A stretch of DNA of 64,000 nucleotides. Source: Minisyncoccota bacterium (lineage in GTDB: Bacteria; Patescibacteriota; Minisyncoccia; Phycocordibacterales; UBA2100). Each line of letters opens with the position of its first letter. The first letter of the stretch is position 1. The notes beneath the pieces are model-generated. The model was given only the letters and a program-made list of their open reading frames with translations. It ran no database searches and was not told where the DNA came from. The stretch covers positions 1,119 through 65,118 of the forward strand of contig JARLIE010000165.1 in the NCBI GenBank assembly GCA_031291875.1. Direction: 5' to 3'. The position numbers and the translations under genes were made by a program. Shown one piece after another: positions 39,831 through 46,888 of this stretch.

Positions 39831-40346
39831 TTAATTGGTCAAATATGGCGTAGCCAAAGAGACGAAGCCTTCAATTGAAGTGCATTTTTGTCCATTCACC
39901 GTACAGTCGTCTATCGCCGCATCCGCCGCATTTATCGTTCCATCTGGGTTCAAGCCGAATGTCATACTGCCTAGAGTTGCGTTAGCTTCAACATCAACTA
40001 GAAAACGATTGTCAGAAAAGCCCAAATCGCTATTGTTGGACGTAGAGATAACATGGAACTTCCAGTCAACCAAGATAAGACATTTATTAAGCGTGGTGTT
40101 GTAGTGATCTTGATAATTTAATGAGTCTCCCGCGGCGACGTTAACACTAGTCGCGCCCCATTTATTTTGGAAATAAGTTGCGGCATCCTGGGCGCATGAC
40201 CTGCTTAAATTGAAGTTTGTACTTTGCGTTTGTGCTGTCGCTGGTTGGGTTACTGCTGAACGGTCAGAGCTTTGCACAATAACGTATGCACCTACGGCTA
40301 AAATTGCAGCTCCAATACCGATCAAAATGATGTTATTCGAGTTCAT
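39831..40346 (-). CDS. Hypothetical exported protein with four Cys (element cargo)
   Basis: N-terminal TM/signal and two probable disulfide pairs. Confidence 0.72.
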   Translation of the reverse strand: MNSNNIILIGIGAAILAVGAYVIVQSSDRSAVTQPATAQTQSTNFNLSRSCAQDAATYFQNKWGATSVNVAAGDSLNYQDHYNTTLNKCLILVDWKFHVISTSNNSDLGFSDNRFLVDVEANATLGSMTFGLNPDGTINAADAAIDDCTVNGQKCTSIEGFVSLATPYLTN

Positions 40347-40361
40347 AAATATGGCCGCTGC

Positions 40362-41126
40362 TTATTGCGCCTGCATCGTCACCGACGTGCTTGTGCCGTA
40401 TCCAGTGAAAGTCACAGTGTTGGTGCCAGGCTGCGTAAACACGTAATTGAACTCATAGAAAGGATACGTGCCGTAGACTCCGCCAACCGTGAACATGCTT
40501 TCTGATCCCGATCCGTGAAGCACCATGTTTTGGTTGGGATCGGTCGTCGTTATCGTTATGTCGCCGCCGTCGGTCGCGCCGCCCTGTGGTGTAACGACGA
40601 TTACGCCGAGATCGGCATACTGACTGTCTGAAAGGTTACCCGCTTGGTTTAATTCATTTGAGCACGACGCGCCGGTTGGTTCTACGGGCGAGCATCCGTC
40701 CGCAATTGCTTTTATTATCGAAGACGACGCCACAGTGTGCTGAGCGTTTGTATTATACGAATTGGATCCGACCGAATTGTTTACCCCGCTTCCTGAGCTG
40801 TAGCCCACAACCATGAGGCTGTACTGACTCTGCATGATTGTTGAGGTGGCCGATTGCGCCGAAGCTGTGGGGCTGGGCGTACTTGATATCGTTTGCGAGC
40901 TTTGTGGAGCCTGTGGCGCATTTTGTGCGGGTTGCTGAGCCGTTATCGTAGCTGCCGCGCCGATCGGTGAGGTTGAAGCCGCAGCAATTGCTTGGTCGGC
41001 CGATTGGATCGCGTCATTGACTATTGCGTTTGCCTGAGCTCGTAAATCTGCCGGCACGTTTGTTGCCGACTGGAGGAGAATAAGAAGCGCGAGTGCTGTT
41101 TTGAGTAATGCGATGGCCTGAGACAT
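40362..41126 (-). CDS. Hypothetical secreted Ser/Thr/Gln-rich protein (element cargo)
   Basis: Signal-like N-terminus, Q/P/S/T linker and beta-rich C-terminus. Confidence 0.7.
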   Translation of the reverse strand: MSQAIALLKTALALLILLQSATNVPADLRAQANAIVNDAIQSADQAIAAASTSPIGAAATITAQQPAQNAPQAPQSSQTISSTPSPTASAQSATSTIMQSQYSLMVVGYSSGSGVNNSVGSNSYNTNAQHTVASSSIIKAIADGCSPVEPTGASCSNELNQAGNLSDSQYADLGVIVVTPQGGATDGGDITITTTDPNQNMVLHGSGSESMFTVGGVYGTYPFYEFNYVFTQPGTNTVTFTGYGTSTSVTMQAQ

Positions 41127-41154
41127 ATGCTTGTGCTAAGCGGGTAATGTCTGA

Positions 41155-41262
41155 GGCGGGAGAAAACACAAAGCCCGCCACCAGGAGGCCTTGCGGCCAC
41201 ATAAGAGTTTCCCCTTATGACGTACAGCACGCCCTGAATGACGGGTTTTCTGTGCTGTACGT
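41155..41262 (-). ncRNA. Candidate structured leader/antisense-type RNA
   Basis: Multi-stem fold with GAAA and GCAA tetraloop hairpins and G-U pairs favouring the minus strand; 11-nt self-complementary segment. Confidence 0.5.
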
Positions 41263-41391
41263 TTTCGCGCCATGCCACCGATTTCTCGATGGTTTAGGCA
41301 CTAGCCTTGCGGCTCGATATTGGTTGTGTGTGATAACGATAGCATAGCGAGCCGTCGGCATAAAGTGCGCTCCGTGATAAAGTCAGCGTTA

Positions 41392-42084
41392 ATGATTGAC
41401 CAGTATCTAGCGCAAAGGGCCATCCTAGAGGCGCTAGAGGGCAAACTTGAGGCCATGAGAGGTTCCGGCGAGCTCGGGGCCGATACTATTGTCGAGCTCT
41501 ATTTCTTTGACGATCTGGTACAAAAGCATAAAACAATTTTTAGAGTTGCGACCGTTGAAGACGTCGCTCTCGCGATCTCAAAAGTTGAGGAAAAATCGGA
41601 CGGTCGTTTTAAACTCCTCTCACTCAATCCCTCCATAGCTGATCGGGACGTAGTAAGAGTTGCCCTAACACACGAGGCGGGTAGGCCGTTGACTGACATT
41701 TCAAATCTCTATTGGAAACTAAAATATAAAGAGGGGTCTAGTGTGACAAATGCGCCTCTCGACTCAAAGATATTTTGGTTGACTCCCCGCGAGATATATT
41801 CGACGATCTCAAATGCCAAGAGGTCATTCTCCTTTCGGCCAGGCGGCGTGCAGTTTCGTCTATTGCGCTGGTTTTCCGAACACAAAGGGTTCACTGGCAG
41901 TAAAGAGCTCGCGCAGGAACTCGATACGACAACGCGAACGATTGCCACAGACATCGCAAAATTGAAACGTAAGGCCGATGACGCTTTTGGTCTCGACGAA
42001 AGTAGTTTTATCGAAAGCAGCCAGGGCGAGGGCTACCGGCTTGCCGCAGCAATAAAAATCAAACTGGATCATGGTACGTCGTAG
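41392..42084 (+). CDS. Protein with a C-terminal winged helix-turn-helix (putative element regulator)
   Basis: C-terminal QFRLLRWF..SKELAQEL..IATDIAKLKRK..IESSQGEGYRL (OmpR-like wHTH pattern). Confidence 0.7.
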   Translation: MIDQYLAQRAILEALEGKLEAMRGSGELGADTIVELYFFDDLVQKHKTIFRVATVEDVALAISKVEEKSDGRFKLLSLNPSIADRDVVRVALTHEAGRPLTDISNLYWKLKYKEGSSVTNAPLDSKIFWLTPREIYSTISNAKRSFSFRPGGVQFRLLRWFSEHKGFTGSKELAQELDTTTRTIATDIAKLKRKADDAFGLDESSFIESSQGEGYRLAAAIKIKLDHGTS

Positions 42085-42193
42085 CTGCTGTTGATAAAGT
42101 CCGCCTGCTCCTCTCAATTTACGACTCCTTTCGGAGAGCGATTGTAGCTATGCCGTATATACGCCGTAGCGTCCTCTCTCGCAAAATTGAGAG

Positions 42194-42427
42194 GTGAAAC
42201 AAGAAGCCCATGCCACAGATGCGAGCGACTTTCCGGTTGCCTTTAGCTCCGAACATGCCCACGATAATACGCGAGGGCCGGTCGTTTCTGTGGCAGAATA
42301 TAGAAAGCTCGCTGCGGACGAAACGAGCAGCGATGATGACATCCGACGGCGATTGCAATACTTGGAAGCGCTGTGTAGGCATGTGATCCGAGAGGAACTC
42401 AAAAAATATGTCGATGAACAAAATTGA
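42194..42427 (+). CDS. Small protein overlapping the recombinase start
   Basis: 77 aa; GAGG immediately before the GTG start; helical C-terminus; 3' end overlaps the recombinase. Confidence 0.6.
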   Translation: MKQEAHATDASDFPVAFSSEHAHDNTRGPVVSVAEYRKLAADETSSDDDIRRRLQYLEALCRHVIREELKKYVDEQN

Positions 42428-44189
42428 AAAAGAAATGCAGCAGCTCGTACAGAACGCCAATCGCTATGTTGGCAGAGAAGGCCTTGTTTATGCGCGTGTC
42501 TCGAGTAAACGGCAAGAGTTAGAAGGTCACGGACGCGAAGGGCAGGAGGAACGCTGTAAGCAGGATTTGCGGTCAGTTGGCGTACCCTATTGCCGCACAT
42601 TCCCCGACACTTTCACCGGCGCTGGCGACTTTATGAAGCGTCCAGCAATGCGCGAGATGCTGGCGTACATAGACTCCAATCCGCACAAAAAATACGTAGT
42701 GGTATTCGATGATCTAAAACGATTTGCGCGAGATGTTGAAGCGCATATCAAATTAAGAGCGGCCTTCAAGTTCCGAGATGTTGAATTACGCTGCCCCAAC
42801 TACAATTTCGATGAGACTGAAGAGGGAGAGTTCGCAGAAATTATATTTGCCGCCCAAGCACAGCTTGAGCGCAAGCAAAATCGGCGTCAGGTCATCCAAA
42901 AAATGAAAGCTCGCCTAGAGCTTGGATACTGGCCCTTTGCCGGTCGTAGAGGATACGACATGGTCAAAGACCCTATGCACGGCAGATTGCATGTTCCAAA
43001 CAAGGAGGGCAAAACAATTATGCGGCAGGCACTTGAGGACTTCGCCTCAGGCAATCTGGTACGCAGAGTTGATGTTGCGCGTTTTCTCTTCGATCGCGGC
43101 TTCTGGAAAAAGTCAAAGAGAACTCCCGAGCATTTCATCGACGACGCCACGGCGATGTTGCAGGACGTATTTCACGCGGGCTACGTTGAATATCCTAAGT
43201 GGGGCGTGTCGCGCCGCAAAGGTCGGCATAAAGGAATAATCTCGTTGGATACACACGAGCTCATACAGAAACGATTGAAAAAGGACGTCGCCAGCGCGCG
43301 TATTCGATTGGATATATCGCCAGAGTTTCCCTTGCGCGGATTGCTTGTATGTCCTGACTGCAAAGAAAAGCTCACCGGCGCACCCTGCAAAGGTGGCCCT
43401 AAAAAATACAGCTACTATTACTGCAAAAATAAAAAATGCGCCCTTTATTCCAAGATGTTGCGAAAGGCAGATGTGGAAAGGGACTTCAACAATCTGCTCC
43501 GCCGCAATCGCCTCAAGGCAGATCTAGATGCGGTCGTGGAGCTAACCTATGATCGGGTGTGGAAGCAGGAGGTCGTCGATGTAAGGCGACAACAAGCTCT
43601 CAAGGAGCAGCAACGAGAGGATTTGCAGCAAAAGATACGTGACCTTTCCGAGCTTGCCCGTACGACCACGTCAGCAACAGTAAAAAATGTCTACGAAAGC
43701 CAGATCGAAGAAGCCGCCAACGAGTTGGAACAAAAGGGGCCTGCAAACGCCTCAAAACGCGACCTCAGAGTGCCTTATCGAACTGCACTCGCTAAGTCGA
43801 CTGCTGTGCTGAAAAACCCAATAACCATATGGGAAAAGGTGGATGTGATGGAAAAACATCGCCTCTATTTTTTCCTTTTCGAGGCGCGTTTGCCTTACAC
43901 CAAAGGAGAGGGCTATCGAACTGGCGATTTACTAAGCAGCACAAGGGTTTTTGAGGAGTTTGCCAACGCAAACTCGGATGATGTGGACCTGAGGGGAATC
44001 GAACCCCTGCCTCCGCAATGCGAATGCGGCGTTTTACCACTGAACTACAGGCCCGAGTGTCGCAATATCCTATCAGCACTACCGGATATTTACAATTTAC
44101 TCGAGCCCGTTCGAAAACTCCTTAGCGAGCAGCCACTTTTACTTTCTCTCCGCAGCGCAAACAGCGAGTCTGCGCCAATCTTGTCTTGA
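42408..44189 (+). CDS. Large serine recombinase (integrated form; last 66 aa come from antisense tRNA/host DNA)
   Basis: YARVSS catalytic Ser, DDLKRFAR, recombinase domain, CPDC..YYYCKNKKC zinc ribbon and a coiled coil. Confidence 0.93.
   Translation: MSMNKIEKEMQQLVQNANRYVGREGLVYARVSSKRQELEGHGREGQEERCKQDLRSVGVPYCRTFPDTFTGAGDFMKRPAMREMLAYIDSNPHKKYVVVFDDLKRFARDVEAHIKLRAAFKFRDVELRCPNYNFDETEEGEFAEIIFAAQAQLERKQNRRQVIQKMKARLELGYWPFAGRRGYDMVKDPMHGRLHVPNKEGKTIMRQALEDFASGNLVRRVDVARFLFDRGFWKKSKRTPEHFIDDATAMLQDVFHAGYVEYPKWGVSRRKGRHKGIISLDTHELIQKRLKKDVASARIRLDISPEFPLRGLLVCPDCKEKLTGAPCKGGPKKYSYYYCKNKKCALYSKMLRKADVERDFNNLLRRNRLKADLDAVVELTYDRVWKQEVVDVRRQQALKEQQREDLQQKIRDLSELARTTTSATVKNVYESQIEEAANELEQKGPANASKRDLRVPYRTALAKSTAVLKNPITIWEKVDVMEKHRLYFFLFEARLPYTKGEGYRTGDLLSSTRVFEEFANANSDDVDLRGIEPLPPQCECGVLPLNYRPECRNILSALPDIYNLLEPVRKLLSEQPLLLSLRSANSESAPILS
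43984..44054 (-). tRNA. tRNA-Ala(CGC), integration target
   Basis: GGGCCTG...CAGGTCC-A with a G3:U70 pair; anticodon arm CCGCA-TTCGCAT-TGCGG. Confidence 0.96.
44067..44095 (-). promoter_or_regulatory. Promoter of tRNA-Ala
   Basis: TTGTAA-17 nt-TAGGAT, 12 nt upstream of the tRNA. Confidence 0.55.
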
Positions 44190-44277
44190 TGTATTTATTG
44201 CCGCATTCGCATACGACGACGGCGATCTCGTTCGGATTATCAATCCACTTACCGTCTTTGAAGAAAGTTTTTCCCAT
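44122..44277 (-). CDS. 51-aa zinc-ribbon-like small protein (not in the ORF track)
   Basis: MGKTFFKDGKWIDNPNEIAVVVCECGNKYIKTRLAQTRCLRCGEKVKVAAR*; CxC...CxxC; starts 1 nt after the helicase stop. Confidence 0.7.
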   Translation of the reverse strand: MGKTFFKDGKWIDNPNEIAVVVCECGNKYIKTRLAQTRCLRCGEKVKVAAR

Positions 44278-44278
44278 A

Positions 44279-45490
44279 TTAGTCGACGAAGGTGAGTGCC
44301 TGCCCCAGCTTCCCTGCGCGGCCGGTTCGGCCGATGCGGTGGACGTAATCCTCGTAGGTTGTCGGGAGATCGTAGTTGATTACGTGCGAGACGTCCGCAA
44401 CGTCGATACCGCGAGCGGCAACGTCGGTTGCGACCAATACACGAACGCGATTGTCCTTGAATTGCGAAAGCGCTTGCTGTCGCTTGCTTTGGTTTTTGTT
44501 GCCGTGGATGGATTCGGCGGCGATGCCACGCTCGCGGAGCATTTTCGAGAGCTTCTCAACACCGTGCTTGGTGCGGCCGAAGACCAAAACCTTGCTGAAA
44601 TCCGGCTGGATAAGAAGGTCATGGAGCATGTCGAGCTTAGCCTTGCCGTCCGTGAGTCGGACGACGCTTTGGCGGACATTGGCAGCCGTGTCGCGTGTTT
44701 TAACAGATACGCGAGCAGGGTTGTTGAGGAAGTCCCCGATCAGCGCTTCGATTTCGCGCGAGAGTGTCGCCGAGAAAAAGAGCGTGTGTCGCTTTTTGGA
44801 CATTCGAGAAAGAATGTACTTCATGTCGTGGATGAATCCCATGTCGAGCATGCGATCGGCCTCGTCCAAAACTACCGTGTTGAAACGAGAGAGGTCGAGT
44901 GCCTTACGCTCCATAAGATCCTTGAGACGTCCCGGCGTGCCAATGACGAACAATGGATCGTAGCGCAACGTGCGGATTTGCGGATTGATGTTGGCACCTC
45001 CGACAGCGCACAAGGAAACGAAACCGGAGTTGGCAGCGAAGTCGTTGAATTCCTCCTGAATCTGTACGGCGAGTTCGCGGGTCGGAACGATGACGAGCAC
45101 GCGCTCGCTGCGATCCTTCACGACCTTGTCGAGAAGCGGGATGAGAAATGCGCCGGTTTTGCCGGTGCCGGTATTCGCAATACCGACGATGTCCCGACCC
45201 TCCAAGATTTGCGGGATCGCCTGATCCTGGATCGGTGTCGGTGTTATGTAGCCTTTTTGGGCGATGTTTTCTTTAATGCGCTCATCGATAGCGAAATCGG
45301 CGAAGCGATGCGTCGGGACGTACGGAGCTTCCGTTTCCGTGACGGGTCGCTCGTTGATAAATCGCGACACGTCGATACCCTGCGTTTTCGCTCTGCGGTG
45401 CGATTGCTGGCCGCCTCGAAACGGACGTCGGCCTGATTGCTGAAAACGCCCGCCGCGGTGTGCTGAATAAGATCTGAATGAATTTGCCAT
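44279..45490 (-). CDS. DEAD-box RNA helicase
   Basis: Q-motif PTPIQ, TGTGKT, PTRELA, DEAD, SAT, ARGID and HRIGRTGR. Confidence 0.96.
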   Translation of the reverse strand: MANSFRSYSAHRGGRFQQSGRRPFRGGQQSHRRAKTQGIDVSRFINERPVTETEAPYVPTHRFADFAIDERIKENIAQKGYITPTPIQDQAIPQILEGRDIVGIANTGTGKTGAFLIPLLDKVVKDRSERVLVIVPTRELAVQIQEEFNDFAANSGFVSLCAVGGANINPQIRTLRYDPLFVIGTPGRLKDLMERKALDLSRFNTVVLDEADRMLDMGFIHDMKYILSRMSKKRHTLFFSATLSREIEALIGDFLNNPARVSVKTRDTAANVRQSVVRLTDGKAKLDMLHDLLIQPDFSKVLVFGRTKHGVEKLSKMLRERGIAAESIHGNKNQSKRQQALSQFKDNRVRVLVATDVAARGIDVADVSHVINYDLPTTYEDYVHRIGRTGRAGKLGQALTFVD

Positions 45491-45631
45491 AATGAACCCG
45501 AAGTACGGGCCTTTTCCGCCGAGGCGGAGCTAAAAGTAATGTGTCGAACGATCTCGGGATTCGCCCTTCTCGTCTCACGGGCGGCCTTGGGTTCCCAAGA
45601 CAAAATCTTATGGAGAATGTTTGACTCGGTG

Positions 45632-45698
45632 AGTATAGCAGAAGAGAAGGCACTCGTCAAATGATATGCTTGACAATAAAAAGAAGACATGATAATCT
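45632..45698. promoter_or_regulatory. Back-to-back sigma70 promoters for the helicase (-) and the cold-shock gene (+)
   Basis: Minus: TTGACG-17-TATACT (45660-45632). Plus: TTGACA-17-TAATCT with extended TG (45670-45698). Confidence 0.7.
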
Positions 45699-45800
45699 TA
45701 GCGAATCAAACCGGGGCCTGATCCAGACGAAGTACGGATCGAGCTTCACTCCAGTCTCCTGTCTTGATGCAATTACACGAAACTATATTCTCTCATTGCC

Positions 45801-46001
45801 ATGCAAGAAGGAACTATCGCCCGTCTCACTGATAAGGGATTCGGGTTCATCAAAGTCGACGGTCGTGAAAAAGATGTCTTTTTCCACTCCAACGAGCTTA
45901 CGAACGTCACGTTCGACGAGCTTCGCGAAGGCGACAAATTGACCTTTGAGATCGCGGAAGGCCCGAAAGGTCCTAACGCAATCAAAATCAACCGCGTCTA
46001 A
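45801..46001 (+). CDS. cspA: Cold-shock domain protein
   Basis: KGFGFI (RNP1), DVFFH (RNP2) and GPKGPNA. Confidence 0.94.
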   Translation: MQEGTIARLTDKGFGFIKVDGREKDVFFHSNELTNVTFDELREGDKLTFEIAEGPKGPNAIKINRV

Positions 46002-46017
46002 CGCTTGATAGGTTTGC

Positions 46018-46053
46018 GCAAAACGCCCGAAGCAATTCGGGCGTTTTGCTTTT
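46018..46053. terminator. Bidirectional terminator
   Basis: GCAAAACGCCCGAA-GCAA-TTCGGGCGTTTTGC between convergent genes. Confidence 0.8.
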
Positions 46054-46354
46054 AGGAAGCGAGTCGGGACAAGAGCGTGTCTATTCCTGTCCGCATTTCC
46101 TTCGAGATCCCTGGATCATTCAGAAGATCGTCGATCGTTGCCTTCAGTACGCTATCAATGGTGGTTTCGTTATCGAAAAGATACGTAGGAAACTCGCCGA
46201 ACTGTTCGAAGTATTCAATAAACGAATGCTTACGAACGGAGGCGTCCTTATGCGTGGCCTCGGCCTTCATCTCCTCGAAGTTAAATTTCTTTCTTCTCGG
46301 TTCTTTCTGGAGCGGCACGAGCGGATTTTTCTTCACGACTTTAGTATACCGCAA
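46052..46354 (-). CDS. Hypothetical protein
   Basis: 100-aa ORF directly downstream of greA. Confidence 0.55.
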   Translation of the reverse strand: MRYTKVVKKNPLVPLQKEPRRKKFNFEEMKAEATHKDASVRKHSFIEYFEQFGEFPTYLFDNETTIDSVLKATIDDLLNDPGISKEMRTGIDTLLSRLAS

Positions 46355-46364
46355 ATCGTGCGCT

Positions 46365-46835
46365 TTATTTGATGTTCACGATCTTGTACTTCTGCGAACC
46401 TTTCGGCGTCTCGAACGTAAAGAGGTCGCCTTTCTTTTTGTTCATCAAAGCCGAGCCTAGCGGCGAGAGGTGCGAGATTTTGTGCTCGTGCATGTTTGCC
46501 TCGGCAGACCCGACGATCTCGTACGTGTGCTCTTCCTTTTCGCCCTGCTTTTGGATGGTGACGACGGAGCCAAGGGAAACAGTCGAGCTTCCCTTTCCGT
46601 GCTCAATAATGCGCGCGTGCGCGAGCTGCTCCTCAACATTGCGGATTCGATCTTCTGTCGCAGCCTGGAGGTTGCGCGCTTCTTCGTACTCTGCGTTCTC
46701 GGAAAGATCCCCGAGCGAGCGAGCGTACTCAAGCTGTTCCGCGATTTCGCGGCGACGAACGGTCTTCAAATGCTCAAGCTCTTGGGTAAGTTCGTCGAAC
46801 TTTTCCTTGCTTAAATAGTTGGTTTCTTCATTCAT
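46365..46835 (-). CDS. greA: Transcription elongation factor GreA
   Basis: GDLSENAEY, IVGSAEA and ISHLSPLG. Confidence 0.96.
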   Translation of the reverse strand: MNEETNYLSKEKFDELTQELEHLKTVRRREIAEQLEYARSLGDLSENAEYEEARNLQAATEDRIRNVEEQLAHARIIEHGKGSSTVSLGSVVTIQKQGEKEEHTYEIVGSAEANMHEHKISHLSPLGSALMNKKKGDLFTFETPKGSQKYKIVNIK

Positions 46836-46888
46836 ATATGGTGAGTTGCAGCATTATACAGGATTTGCCGCACGCAACAATACTTGCG

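Larger units (their letters stand above)
38448..43988. mobile_element. Small (~5.5 kb) serine-recombinase integrative element in the tRNA-Ala(CGC) 3' end
   Basis: TGTGGAC direct repeat at 38448-38454 and 43982-43988 (the latter in the tRNA 3' end), a large serine recombinase, and orphan cargo genes. Confidence 0.87.

Noticed and set aside
43989-44189. Recombinase C-terminal 66 aa as an evolved domain
   Set aside because: It is the reverse complement of tRNA-Ala, its promoter and a small ORF, so it is a by-product of integration.
44186-45436. 416-aa plus-strand ORF
   Set aside because: Antisense shadow of the DEAD-box helicase, with no motifs.
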